This document shows positions 18,658-28,236 of a DNA stretch of 64,000 bases, piece after piece. Position numbers and translations under genes: made by a program. Origin of the DNA: a virus. Taxonomy: Duplodnaviria > Caudoviricetes. The stretch is from positions 192,001 to 256,000 of IMG/VR virus record IMGVR_UViG_3300049988_000245, one strand, 5' to 3'. Each line of letters starts with the position of its first letter. The stretch's first letter is position 1. The notes beneath the pieces were generated by a model. That model did not search any database. It saw only the letters and a list, made by a program, of their open reading frames with translations, and had not been told where the DNA came from.

Positions 18658-20688
18658 ATGACCAATCCAACGATCGACGTGATGACTTTTAACGCGACCT
18701 ATGTGACTCCATCGAGCGAGATCGCTCGGGTACGCGAAGAGCAGTCTGTCAACCTGTATATTGACGTATCCGAGGTCGGCACCCAGGTGGGATTTGTCGG
18801 GCAAACAACTATCTTTGTTGGAAATGCAGTTTCTCTCGTCGAATCCGTAACAGTTGATGGAATCAACATTCCGTTTTTTCGGCAGTTGACGGATCAGCGC
18901 ATCTATTGGGATATTTCTCACGCTCTAACGCGTAAATCTACTATCGAGGTCACCCTAGGCGATCTGTTGGGTAGCTTCTCTCTCCTCAATGGAACTCTTC
19001 CACCGGGGCTATCGATCACCCCGAAAGGACTGATCACGGGTCGCGTCACAAATATTATCGCACCACCCGCTCCGTATGCATTCACGGTGCGATATAAGAA
19101 TCCAACCCACACACATGATCGACGGTTTGTCATCTATGCGGAGGGGAAAGACTACCCGGCATTCTTCAACCCTGATCAGCTTCAGCCTCAAGAGCGCGAT
19201 GATGAGATGGGGTTTAGTTATCGATCTCTGGGTTCGCTTAGTCGAGGACAAGGCTTCGGTCTTACCCTAGACATTTACGATCCTGACGGGGTCTTGCCGG
19301 GATTCGTTCTACGCAAGGTCACTGGTTTTCGTCCCAACAGTGGTAAGTTTGGGGGCCTTCCGCCTGATCTGGAGATCGTTGGGCAGACTATCCAAGGTGT
19401 AGTCGCCGCCGATGCCTGCCCAGGTAAGTATTTCTTCGAAGTCGTTCTTAATGACTCGGGGCGCGACGGCGCTATCTTCATGATAGAGATTCTACAGCCC
19501 ATCAGTAATACGATCGGGGTAATTCCTCACGTGGTCTGGGATACTCCGGAGGGAGACCTTGGTTCAATCGTAGAGACCGAGCCTTCGCACTTTGACGTGG
19601 TGGCACATTCTGTGAACGCCCCGGCGATCGTTTACGAGCTTGCCCCGTTCTCGGCTCCGCTCCCCACGGGAGTGACAATCAATCCTTTGACCGGCCGTCT
19701 CTACGGGGTCATGCCGTATGTTGTCTCGGACACCGTATTCAGCTTTCGTCTTCGGGCCTCGGCGGGACAGCTATTTGCCGATCGAATCTTCTCGATTACC
19801 GTTCTGGCACACTTTGATCTCGATACGATCCACAATCTCCGCCTGCAAATTCGAACGGCCGATGAGGTCGCCCTGGTTCCACAATACGCTGATTCGATTC
19901 CCCAGGAACTGATCTATCGCAGTGAAGACCCAAACTTTGGCTTCATCCGACATCCTTATGTTTATGTAATCAAGGGAATCGATGGCAGTAAAAACCTCGA
20001 AGAGGCTCTGCGTGGGGATGCAAACGGCCTAGAGATCGTTGGGGGTCAGAAGGACTACCAGAAGCGATTCAAGCTCGTCCTGGGAGAGCATCGTTTTGCT
20101 ACGGCCCGAGATTCGACCGGTAAGGCGATTTACGAAGTTCTTTATCGGGACCTCTACGACCCGATGAAAAAAGCTGGTGGTTTTAACATTACCAACGGCC
20201 TCATCACGTCATCTCCGGTGCGTTGGCCACAGTCTGCATCTACTTCGATGTATTTCTTTCCCCACTCAGTGAAGAATATGCGGTTCGATCTCATCGAAAA
20301 TCTTGGATTTGCGATGATCGACCCCGATTCGAGACGAAATGTCGGTACGGACACTGCCGAACTCATGCCATTGTGGATGAGGTCTGAGCAAGTCAAGGGG
20401 GTTGCCTCCTCCGTCCCCGGCTATAAGGCTGCGTTGTTCCTGGCCTATCTAAAGCCAGGGTCGGCCGCAGCGGTGCAGAAAATCCTCAACGCGGTGACCA
20501 AGGTGGGAACACTAATCACTCCGTGGGGACACGTGTACTATTTTGATAAGTATTTTACCACAGAAACCTCAGTTCTTTATCAGACAATGCTTGATAATCA
20601 GGATGATGAGAGCGCAGAGACCGTCATCGATTCTACGGAAACTGTGTTTGATGAGGTTGACGGTGATGTAGTTAAATATCTGGACTAA
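18658..20688 (+). CDS. virion structural protein with putative Ig (He_PIG-like) domains
   Basis: 676 aa; GTLPPGLSITPKGLITG, LPPDLEI..Q.IQG, LPTGVTINP.TGRLYG repeats; LMPLWMRSEQ motif. Confidence 0.8.
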   Translation: MTNPTIDVMTFNATYVTPSSEIARVREEQSVNLYIDVSEVGTQVGFVGQTTIFVGNAVSLVESVTVDGINIPFFRQLTDQRIYWDISHALTRKSTIEVTLGDLLGSFSLLNGTLPPGLSITPKGLITGRVTNIIAPPAPYAFTVRYKNPTHTHDRRFVIYAEGKDYPAFFNPDQLQPQERDDEMGFSYRSLGSLSRGQGFGLTLDIYDPDGVLPGFVLRKVTGFRPNSGKFGGLPPDLEIVGQTIQGVVAADACPGKYFFEVVLNDSGRDGAIFMIEILQPISNTIGVIPHVVWDTPEGDLGSIVETEPSHFDVVAHSVNAPAIVYELAPFSAPLPTGVTINPLTGRLYGVMPYVVSDTVFSFRLRASAGQLFADRIFSITVLAHFDLDTIHNLRLQIRTADEVALVPQYADSIPQELIYRSEDPNFGFIRHPYVYVIKGIDGSKNLEEALRGDANGLEIVGGQKDYQKRFKLVLGEHRFATARDSTGKAIYEVLYRDLYDPMKKAGGFNITNGLITSSPVRWPQSASTSMYFFPHSVKNMRFDLIENLGFAMIDPDSRRNVGTDTAELMPLWMRSEQVKGVASSVPGYKAALFLAYLKPGSAAAVQKILNAVTKVGTLITPWGHVYYFDKYFTTETSVLYQTMLDNQDDESAETVIDSTETVFDEVDGDVVKYLD

Positions 20689-20704
20689 TTTTTGAGGAAT
20701 TTCA

Positions 20705-22888
20705 ATGAGCATCGATTCCGGACAGGCGCCGACCACGTTTAATGAAAACTACCCGGTCCCTGGTCTGAAGCAGTCCAGTCAGCAGTTCCGTGACAACTTC
20801 AAGATTCTCCGAACTGCGATTGAGAATCTTCAGAACGTTTCACGAGACGAGACGGGAATTCTTGATTTCCAGCTTTACATTTCCCCTGTCACGGGTCGTG
20901 TTACCGCGTCCACCTTCTACGTGGACCCGGCTCAGGTCACGAATCCCGACCGTGGAACGCTAAGCTATCAGAACGATGCGATCTATTACTGGAACGGCAC
21001 CGGCTGGGCTCCTGTGGCCTCAGGAGCCGCATCCCTACCGGGTCCCCAGGGTATCCAGGGTCCGCGCGGCGACAGCGGTCCTGAGGGTCGTCAGGGTCCG
21101 ATCGGTCCCCAGGGCGTCAAGGGAAATCAGGGCGATATCGGTCGTGACGGTTATCCGGGTCCGGCGGGTCCCAAGGGTGACGCTGGCCCGGAAGGGCGTA
21201 AGGGCGAGATTGGCGCGCGCGGCCTTCGCGGATTCGAGGGTCCACGCGGGCCGATCGGCCAGACCGGTCCCAAGGGCGACAAGGGTGATCAGGGCATCCA
21301 GGGTATCCAGGGTGTTCGTGGTGAGCACAATATCCCCTCGGTGCTTGATTTTTTTGATGAGGCCACACGCAACCGCTTCCTCGCGGGAGATTTCTCCGTC
21401 GATGTGACCGCAGGGGTCCAGGCGGCATTGGATTCAGGAAAGAACCTCTTCTTCCCCGCAGGTAAATATCGCCTCACCAGCGGCCTTAAGGCCACGCATC
21501 CGGGCCAGTATCTCTATGGCTGCGGCGGCCCGACCGTAAACGGCAATGCGACTGAGGCGGGAATCGGTACGTTCTTTATGATCTCGTACGACTATGACGT
21601 CGGGTACGCCGTGATGACGCTTGTCAATTCCTGCGGAATGTTCGGCTTCACCTGGGACTTTCAGCAGCCGGACGCTGCCCCCAATGGCGGCCCGCTGGAG
21701 CGCAACCACCTCAAGGTGTACCCGCCCGCCCTCGATATCTCGGATGCGCAGAACGTCCTCCTCGATAATATCGAGTTCCGCCGCTCCTCGATCGGCCTTA
21801 AGGCGCACGGCAACTGCGGTGGCCTGCGCATCGGCATGATTCGAGACGGTTCACTTCAAACGGGCCTCGACCTTGAATTCACTAATCCCCAGAGTGAGCG
21901 TCGCTCGGTGATCATCGATACGTGGGAGCATTGGCATTGGGGCATGGCGGATCGCCCGGCCCTCCAGGCGGTTCACGATGATGGTATCACGGATGCAATT
22001 TCGATCGGCCCCTATATCGGCGCGGTTTCGTTTACAAATCTGCTGATCCTGCGCGCTCGATACCGCCATAACTCAGGTGCAAACAACAATCCAACACAGA
22101 TCGCCAACCTCGATCTGCGCGGTTACCGGGCAACTCTCGACCTAATCTCTGGCTATGTCGATGTCGGCACGTTTACTTGCGTGAATCTACTCAATCCGGC
22201 ATTGTCCAACACGGGTGGTATGATCCGAGTCGATAATGTGAATCTGAATGGCCGCATGAATAATGTGGCGCTTGTGCGCCAGATTGAGGGGTCCACTTCG
22301 ATCACATCTGGTCTTATGAACATTGACGGCAACACCGTAGGCGCGGACCTGACTGGTGGTTACTTGAATCTGAACGGCGTACATTTCCAGTGCGGCCAGA
22401 ACAGCCGCAGCGTCGCAATGGTTCGCCAGACGGGTCCGGGCGGTCGTCTCACCATGACGAACTGCTATCCCGACGATCGTGGTTCGGCTGGAGGTGCGTT
22501 CCCCGCGTTCATCCAGATCGAGCGCGACGATCATCACGTCATCATGAATAATCGCTTCCTTTCATGGAGATTCGAAACGCCTCTTCTGGAAAGGTTTGGA
22601 ATCTATGGGCCGAACGGGAGCATCAACAATGGTATCGACGATAAGGGTCACTACCACGGTAAAGTGATCAAGCGTTACATGGGCGGTACGTTCAACGCAG
22701 ATGGCTTCGCGGTCCTCTATCCGGAGATTTCCGGTCTCGCGGGTAAGGTCAACAACATTTCGGTGTTCGCCTCTCACCCGGAAGGTGGTCTATACCCGGC
22801 AAGCATCCGTCGTTTCGATAACGATTACATCTACCTTGAAGGTCCGAAGAGTATCGGATTTGTTTGCTGGATCGAGTACATCGAGTAA
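20705..22888 (+). CDS. tailspike/tail fibre: virion anchor + collagen-like linker + pectate-lyase-like beta-helix
   Basis: 727 aa; NYPVPG...SQQFRDNF N-terminus; 32 Gly-X-Y triplets; [23 protein letters not shown]. Confidence 0.85.
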   Translation: MSIDSGQAPTTFNENYPVPGLKQSSQQFRDNFKILRTAIENLQNVSRDETGILDFQLYISPVTGRVTASTFYVDPAQVTNPDRGTLSYQNDAIYYWNGTGWAPVASGAASLPGPQGIQGPRGDSGPEGRQGPIGPQGVKGNQGDIGRDGYPGPAGPKGDAGPEGRKGEIGARGLRGFEGPRGPIGQTGPKGDKGDQGIQGIQGVRGEHNIPSVLDFFDEATRNRFLAGDFSVDVTAGVQAALDSGKNLFFPAGKYRLTSGLKATHPGQYLYGCGGPTVNGNATEAGIGTFFMISYDYDVGYAVMTLVNSCGMFGFTWDFQQPDAAPNGGPLERNHLKVYPPALDISDAQNVLLDNIEFRRSSIGLKAHGNCGGLRIGMIRDGSLQTGLDLEFTNPQSERRSVIIDTWEHWHWGMADRPALQAVHDDGITDAISIGPYIGAVSFTNLLILRARYRHNSGANNNPTQIANLDLRGYRATLDLISGYVDVGTFTCVNLLNPALSNTGGMIRVDNVNLNGRMNNVALVRQIEGSTSITSGLMNIDGNTVGADLTGGYLNLNGVHFQCGQNSRSVAMVRQTGPGGRLTMTNCYPDDRGSAGGAFPAFIQIERDDHHVIMNNRFLSWRFETPLLERFGIYGPNGSINNGIDDKGHYHGKVIKRYMGGTFNADGFAVLYPEISGLAGKVNNISVFASHPEGGLYPASIRRFDNDYIYLEGPKSIGFVCWIEYIE
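21041..21328 (+). repeat. collagen-like Gly-X-Y coding repeat (32 triplets)
   Basis: GPQ GIQ GPR ... GVR GEH, counted directly. Confidence 0.95.
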
Positions 22889-22954
22889 GAAATTGAGTTA
22901 CTGTTAAAATGTAGGGTAAGGTGTTCTCAATTCATTTTGAGGACACCTTATTTT

Positions 22955-23353
22955 ATGTCTAAGACTGCATTTGAGAAGCTTTGGGACTTTCATACCGCTT
23001 TTGGTCAGGTTCGGACCACCACTCCGGGTCTGCCCAGCGCTGACGTGCGCAAGCTCCGCCGGAATCTGCTTCGCGAGGAGTGGAACGAGTACATGGATGG
23101 GGAAGAGAACGACGATCTCGTCGAGGTCGCGGATGCCCTGATCGACATCATCTACATTGCCTTGGGAACCGGCGTCAGCTACGGCCTGCCCATGGATGAG
23201 CTTTTCGAGGAAGTTCACCGTTCGAACATGTCGAAGCTCGGCGAGGACGGCAAGCCCGTCTATCGCGAGGACGGTAAGGTCATGAAGGGACCCAACTACA
23301 GCAAGCCTGATCTGGCCTCTATCGTGGCTCGGCGTATCGCCAACGCTAAATAA
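22955..23353 (+). CDS. MazG-like/PRA-PH nucleotide pyrophosphohydrolase
   Basis: LLREEWNEY, EVADALIDIIY, FEEVHRSNMSK..DGKP..REDGKVMKG. Confidence 0.88.
   Translation: MSKTAFEKLWDFHTAFGQVRTTTPGLPSADVRKLRRNLLREEWNEYMDGEENDDLVEVADALIDIIYIALGTGVSYGLPMDELFEEVHRSNMSKLGEDGKPVYREDGKVMKGPNYSKPDLASIVARRIANAK
23346..23352 (+). promoter_or_regulatory. T4-like late promoter core
   Basis: CTAAATA overlapping the stop codon, upstream of GAGG RBS and ATG 23382. Confidence 0.5.
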
Positions 23354-23381
23354 GGGTGTAGTTTACTATGAGGGCCACCCC

Positions 23382-23732
23382 ATGTTTTCATTTGATGGAT
23401 TCGATCCTGCTCTGATGAGTGACGACGAATTGCTTCATAAGACCACGGACCTGCACGCGAAACTCGTGTTCGCTGGCCGATTCGGTTCTGCCGACATGAT
23501 TGGTGGCCTTCAGCGACTCCTTGAGGTGGTGGAGTTCGAACGAGCCCAACGGGTCATGCGGACCTTCGCACGGGATCGCGACTTGAGCACGCACGACGTG
23601 ATTGAGAGCGACCCCGATCTGGCCGCAGCCGGACGCGATCAGGCCGAACCGCAGCGCGGCGGTAAGATCATTCCGCAGAAGAAACCCCGCCCGATCGTTA
23701 CGGTCTCCAGCCGCCCTACCTCGGATATTTGA
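23382..23732 (+). CDS. hypothetical protein
   Basis: 116 aa with GAGG RBS. Confidence 0.7.
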   Translation: MFSFDGFDPALMSDDELLHKTTDLHAKLVFAGRFGSADMIGGLQRLLEVVEFERAQRVMRTFARDRDLSTHDVIESDPDLAAAGRDQAEPQRGGKIIPQKKPRPIVTVSSRPTSDI

Positions 23733-23740
23733 GAAGAACC

Positions 23741-24427
23741 ATGTCAGACATCATTGAAGACGACGACGAAGACGCCCTCTACATCTCGTTCACAATGGAT
23801 ACGAAGATGATGCGTCTGAACGAAGAGACGTTTGTCCCCTCCAAGATTTCCATTCGAGCGGATGTCAATCCGGAAGAGGAGATGTCGGAATCAGAAATCA
23901 CCTTGGCGCTGTCGAAGATTCGCTTTTTCTATGAGAACATCGTCTCCAAGTGCATCGCGTTCTCCTACGACAACGAACATGCGATCGAGATTCTGATCAA
24001 CGAAGAGGGCAAGAATCGCACCGGAAACATCCTCATGATGACGCCGGGCGAGCCGACCGACGAGATGATGGCGACCCTCTTCCAGGCGAAGATGGAAGCA
24101 CTGTCCGACCACAAGATCAGCTTCAATCTGGTCGAGGTGAAGTCGGATAACCCGCATGGGCTCTCGTTCGTATTCGTCGGCGATGCAAGCCGAATGCTTC
24201 CTGATATCGAAAGCTGGATCGGAAAGCGTTCGTTCTTCACGCAGCCGTGGTGGAACCGCGACGACGCCTCGACGCTCGACGTCATCCCGCCGCCGGACGC
24301 TGATCTGACCCAGAAGCCAGCCTGGGCGTTCTCACTCAATCCGATCATGGGTGCGAAGACCGACTCAACTGTGATTCTTCGCCCGAGCTTCAAGCCGACC
24401 GTAATCGAAGGCGGCAAGCCGGTCTAA
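23741..24427 (+). CDS. conserved jumbo-phage hypothetical protein
   Basis: 228 aa; WWNRDDAST.D motif; precedes DnaE fragment. Confidence 0.72.
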   Translation: MSDIIEDDDEDALYISFTMDTKMMRLNEETFVPSKISIRADVNPEEEMSESEITLALSKIRFFYENIVSKCIAFSYDNEHAIEILINEEGKNRTGNILMMTPGEPTDEMMATLFQAKMEALSDHKISFNLVEVKSDNPHGLSFVFVGDASRMLPDIESWIGKRSFFTQPWWNRDDASTLDVIPPPDADLTQKPAWAFSLNPIMGAKTDSTVILRPSFKPTVIEGGKPV

Positions 24428-24468
24428 AATATTGAACTCCTGCTCATGCCCTCGGTACTATCCAGGGT

Positions 24469-24990
24469 ATGAGCAGAACAGTTGATCCGTGGGGACGGGT
24501 TGTCCTCGATATCGGTGACCTCACCGAAATTCTCTATTCCGGCCTGAAAACCGATGACGTGTACGTGGCCGAAGGCGACGAGACTGCGCGGTTCAATGCG
24601 CTTTGTCGGGCCTGGGATCGGCCACAGTACGCTTTGCGGGTCCCGGAGGCCCCAGAGCACTCTCCCGAACAGGAGCACGCCACACGCGCCTCCCAATGGC
24701 TGGTCTGTGAGGAGCTACGCGGGATGAACGTGCGCGACTTTCTCATCAGCGCGTGTGCGACCGATGCTCAGCGGGAGCGGGTGAACGCGGAAATGGACCT
24801 TTATGAGGAACGCGAACTCGAACCCCTGCTTCAGACGATGATCTGTCTGGTCGAGCATTTCCGGGCGAACAAGGTGGTCTGGGGTGTCGGTCGTGGTTCG
24901 TCCGTGGCCAGCTACGTCCTCTACATGATCGGGATTCACAAAATCGATTCGATGAAGTACGGCCTGGAGATCGGGGAATTCCTGAAATGA
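24469..24990 (+). CDS. DNA polymerase III alpha (DnaE)-like fragment
   Basis: 173 aa; RVNAEMDLY...WGVGRGSSVASYVLYMIGIHKIDSMKYGL..EFLK is the DnaE palm GRGS segment; no PHP domain or PDxD motif. Confidence 0.85.
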   Translation: MSRTVDPWGRVVLDIGDLTEILYSGLKTDDVYVAEGDETARFNALCRAWDRPQYALRVPEAPEHSPEQEHATRASQWLVCEELRGMNVRDFLISACATDAQRERVNAEMDLYEERELEPLLQTMICLVEHFRANKVVWGVGRGSSVASYVLYMIGIHKIDSMKYGLEIGEFLK

Positions 24991-25301
24991 TCACGCATCG
25001 CGAGGTTCGCGTGACCATCACGGAGAAGACATATGATCCCGAGGATGGTGGCCCCGTGTTTATCCTCCGCGTAGGATTGTCCCGCCGCCGGGGGTTCAGT
25101 ACGATTCTGTACGAGAATTTAGAGGAACGGGATTCTGCGTCGATCTCCCCCGCGATACGGGATTGGTGCGTCGAACAATGGGCGGGGGAAGAGTTCTCCT
25201 TCAATCCGTTCGATGATGAAGAGGTGTGGGTCCGGAGCTTTGCCCAGGCGATGGCGTTCAAGCTGAGGTGGGACGGGAAACACGCCAGTGCTGGAACTTA
25301 A
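24987..25301 (+). CDS. small protein, 'FKLRW' paralogue family
   Basis: RDWCVEQWAG...VWVRSFAQAMAFKLRWDG; ATGA overlap with dnaE fragment. Confidence 0.8.
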   Translation: MITHREVRVTITEKTYDPEDGGPVFILRVGLSRRRGFSTILYENLEERDSASISPAIRDWCVEQWAGEEFSFNPFDDEEVWVRSFAQAMAFKLRWDGKHASAGT

Positions 25302-25575
25302 GATCGTTATCCACGAGAAGGTCGCACCCGGATCGTTCCCGATCGAGGTTCGCCTTGATCTGACGGACGAATTCTTTATCAAATCCGGGTGGAGAAACAC
25401 CATCCATGCTCAGCAACACATGACCGATTGGTGTCGCGAACGCTGGGGCAAGACCACGGGCGAGACCTATACGCTCGAAGAGGCCCGATGGATGTTTGTC
25501 GGTAAGCGGTTCTACGTCCGCACCGAGGCCCAGGCGATCGAGTTGAAGATGCGGTGGCACGGGGCGACGCCGTGA
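25288..25575 (+). CDS. small protein, 'FKLRW' paralogue family
   Basis: TDWCRERWG...FYVRTEAQAIELKMRWHG. Confidence 0.8.
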   Translation: MLELKIVIHEKVAPGSFPIEVRLDLTDEFFIKSGWRNTIHAQQHMTDWCRERWGKTTGETYTLEEARWMFVGKRFYVRTEAQAIELKMRWHGATP

Positions 25576-25826
25576 TCGTCGTTCTTACGATCGAACAGCC
25601 TGAATCGACCGAGTTGATTTTCAGCCATAGCGGGAGTTTCAAGCATGGCTTGAACGCACAGAACCGCCGTGACATTCAAGATTGGTGCATCCATCAGTGG
25701 GGATTACCAACTCGGGATAGTGGCTGGGAAATCCACTATGCCGATGGGTACATATTTGTGCGTACGTCCGACCGCTCCGCCGGAATTAACGCGAAGATGC
25801 GTTGGCACGGCGTGTTGGACGACTAG
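25572..25826 (+). CDS. small protein, 'FKLRW' paralogue family
   Basis: GTGA overlap; QDWCIHQWG...IFVRTSDRSAGINAKMRWHG. Confidence 0.75.
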   Translation: MIVVLTIEQPESTELIFSHSGSFKHGLNAQNRRDIQDWCIHQWGLPTRDSGWEIHYADGYIFVRTSDRSAGINAKMRWHGVLDD

Positions 25827-26488
25827 GTCGGCTTGGATACTCCGGCGATCATCTTGATCGTCATCAGCCCGGTCACAGGAACACTCTCCTCGAACGAGAG
25901 TAGGTCGGCATCCTCGCCTCGGAAGATGATCCAGTTCTTCCCCCGCAGGATCAGGTGGCAGGCTGAGGTCATGCGGGTCCGGTCAACGTACATGATCCCG
26001 GACCGCTTCGGCATGCTTTCCAGAAGCTCGATGAACTCCTGGCGCAATTCCTCAGTATCAAAATAATACCACGAGCCGCGCTCGGGGAATGCCCCGATGT
26101 CCCCCGGCCGAGCATCGCTTTTAAGCGTGTAGGTCCGACCCTTGTAGACACGATCCTTGCCCTTGTCGGAAACGAACTTCAGGATTCGCTTCTCCTCGTA
26201 CGGGCTCATGTAATAGGTCGAGAGACCGACCCACCCTTTGCGGTGGAGCTTCCACGACTTGGTGCGGTTGTGCTCGTCCTCACCCGAGGGTGTGATGGTG
26301 TGCCAGTCCAGCCAGACCTCGCTGATCCACTTCAGCCGTCCCTTAGGCCCGGTGAAATTGTTCACCTTGGGTTTGGGGATATTAATGCCGATGGTGTATC
26401 TCAAGCCCCAATACTGATGTTCTGGCGGCAGCGTGACCGGCTGGGGCTCGTACCGAAGAGATTCCAACTTTGGTGCACGATATTCCAT
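25823..26488 (-). CDS. hypothetical protein
   Basis: 221 aa; ATG directly after TAA of 26489..26731. Confidence 0.65.
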   Translation of the reverse strand: MEYRAPKLESLRYEPQPVTLPPEHQYWGLRYTIGINIPKPKVNNFTGPKGRLKWISEVWLDWHTITPSGEDEHNRTKSWKLHRKGWVGLSTYYMSPYEEKRILKFVSDKGKDRVYKGRTYTLKSDARPGDIGAFPERGSWYYFDTEELRQEFIELLESMPKRSGIMYVDRTRMTSACHLILRGKNWIIFRGEDADLLSFEESVPVTGLMTIKMIAGVSKPT

Positions 26489-26731
26489 TTACCACCATCG
26501 GAGTTTAAAATTAACCACATCCTGCTCTTCACGAAACAGGATGAAATAGGTCTGATGGCTCACGTCCCAATAGGGTGTCGCGCGATCAACCAGAAACTCG
26601 CGACACCATACGTGAATCTCTGGGTAAAAATCAACCTCCTGCGAGAGAATCGTTCGACCAGAATTTTGGAACTTGGGGATACCAAAGAATCTTGCCGCCT
26701 GCTCACGTGTGAGTTTAAGCTTTATGATCAC
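26489..26731 (-). CDS. small protein, 'FKLRW' paralogue family
   Basis: HVWCREFL...ILFREEQDVVNFKLRWW. Confidence 0.8.
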   Translation of the reverse strand: MIIKLKLTREQAARFFGIPKFQNSGRTILSQEVDFYPEIHVWCREFLVDRATPYWDVSHQTYFILFREEQDVVNFKLRWW

Positions 26732-26744
26732 CGAGATATGTCCT

Positions 26745-26796
26745 CTAAATATTGAATTGCGCCTAACATCGTCTATTATCTACGCATATTATTTAG
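26745..26796. promoter_or_regulatory. pair of late-promoter cores, one per strand
   Basis: CTAAATA at 26745-51 (+) and CTAAATA at 26790-96 (-) between divergent genes 26731(-) and 26809(+). Confidence 0.5.
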
Positions 26797-26808
26797 CGGA
26801 CAATTTTC

Positions 26809-27108
26809 ATGGCCGAAGTCATTCGATTCAAATCCAAGAGCCATGCTCGGGACCTCGCGCTTCAGAAGCTCGCCCACCGTGTGCTGATCCACCTGATCGT
26901 TTCGTTCTATGATCGCGGGATCATGGACGTGCCGATCCAGGCGTACGTGAAAGAAATGACCAGCGCGCTGATCGCGGACGGGCACGCCTATGATCCGGTG
27001 GTGCTGGATTCTCTCGGGACCGACATCAACATTCTGAAGCGTCTCGAAGCCATGCTGATCAAGACGCTGGTCGAGCGCGGCCAGCTTCCGCCAGATTTCA
27101 AGGCTTGA
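26809..27108 (+). CDS. hypothetical protein
   Basis: 99 aa, phage-like codon usage. Confidence 0.65.
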   Translation: MAEVIRFKSKSHARDLALQKLAHRVLIHLIVSFYDRGIMDVPIQAYVKEMTSALIADGHAYDPVVLDSLGTDINILKRLEAMLIKTLVERGQLPPDFKA

Positions 27109-27132
27109 CTATCTAACGTTTAGCTGTACATT
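27105..27132 (+). promoter_or_regulatory. sigma70-like early promoter (probably leaderless)
   Basis: TTGACT-N16-TACATT, 6 nt before ATG 27139. Confidence 0.65.
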
Positions 27133-27138
27133 GAGGGG

Positions 27139-27456
27139 ATGGCGAACCCGTATAAGCGCACCTCCACCCCGACGATCACCTACGTGGGCGAGTACGGCCA
27201 CGAGTCGTGCTTTCGTATTCACCTGCTGAAGGAAGAGGGGCTGAACGCGCTCCTGTTCCGGGGCGAGATCGCCGAGCATCTTCTGAAAGAGATGGTCGCC
27301 CACCGCCTGGGTAATTCGATCCGTGGGGTAGAGCTACCCGACAATCCAAAGAAGGCCGACTTCTTCCTGATGATCGACCGGTCTGAGATTCGGACATTCA
27401 CCAGTCGGTTCGAGGTGTCCGGGTACAGCCCCGATCTGGCCGGGGAGAGCGTCTGA
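27139..27456 (+). CDS. hypothetical protein
   Basis: 105 aa; TGATG coupling to next ORF. Confidence 0.65.
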   Translation: MANPYKRTSTPTITYVGEYGHESCFRIHLLKEEGLNALLFRGEIAEHLLKEMVAHRLGNSIRGVELPDNPKKADFFLMIDRSEIRTFTSRFEVSGYSPDLAGESV

Positions 27457-27782
27457 TGGCACCATGGATAAAGCCGCTACCGAGGAAAGTACCTGATCCG
27501 ATTCAACAATACGATCTCGTCTACGATTTCTATGAAACGCGTAGTCTCGATCAGAGGTCAGATGTCGTCCGGGCGTTTCTTGACTACGAATACATGTTCA
27601 TGCCAACACGACACGACGGATATTATTGGTCTCTCAGGATTTATCAGAGAGGTGTGCTGCTCAATCCAGCAATCCTATGGTGCAACGAACGCCTCGAAGG
27701 GACCAATTGGGTCCGGAAAGGCGAATGGATTTTCGTCCGTAACGAGATATCGGCGTTCGAGTTCAGGATGCGTTGGTGCTGA
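27456..27782 (+). CDS. small protein, 'FKLRW' paralogue family
   Basis: ILWCNERLEG.NW...IFVRNEISAFEFRMRWC. Confidence 0.8.
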   Translation: MAPWIKPLPRKVPDPIQQYDLVYDFYETRSLDQRSDVVRAFLDYEYMFMPTRHDGYYWSLRIYQRGVLLNPAILWCNERLEGTNWVRKGEWIFVRNEISAFEFRMRWC

Positions 27783-28236
27783 CCGGGGTGACACTGAACT
27801 CTAGCTCGCCATCCCCCTGCTTGTACGCGGTCTGGTAGCCTACGGCGGCGGCGCGCCCACTGAGGGCCTGTGCCATGCGCACGTACAGTGCACCCTTGCC
27901 GAGAACGTCCGATCCAACGAATGTCAGTAGGTCTGGGCGCTTTTGCTTCAGGAACTCTTCGATCCCCTGGACGACCACGGACAGCACCTTGACCGCCGAG
28001 TTGCGGGAAATCCCGGTGTTGCCGCAGATGGAAAGCTTCTTCTCCGTCGCATACGCTTGGGTGACGGAGAAGAACACTTCCCAATGGGTTGGATCGTTCT
28101 CGGCGTCCACGGTCTCGTTATCGAAGACCAGCCGGAATGGAATCCCCTCTAGGGTGAAGTGCGCTTCCATGCGGGCGCGATTTGATACGACCCAGGCCAG
28201 CTTAGCATTCGAGTCAAAGAGTTCGAGCAGGATCAT
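27763..28236 (-). CDS. hypothetical protein, putative head-internal (MILLELFD N-terminus)
   Basis: 157 aa; KVLSVVVQGIEEFLKQKRPDLLTF...LYVRM; ATGA overlap with SWIM gene. Confidence 0.7.
   Translation of the reverse strand: MILLELFDSNAKLAWVVSNRARMEAHFTLEGIPFRLVFDNETVDAENDPTHWEVFFSVTQAYATEKKLSICGNTGISRNSAVKVLSVVVQGIEEFLKQKRPDLLTFVGSDVLGKGALYVRMAQALSGRAAAVGYQTAYKQGDGELEFSVTPVSTNAS

Noticed and set aside
21041-21328. Periodic GGT/GGC 9-mers as CRISPR or satellite DNA
   Set aside because: In-frame collagen Gly-X-Y coding with variable nucleotides; no repeat-spacer structure.
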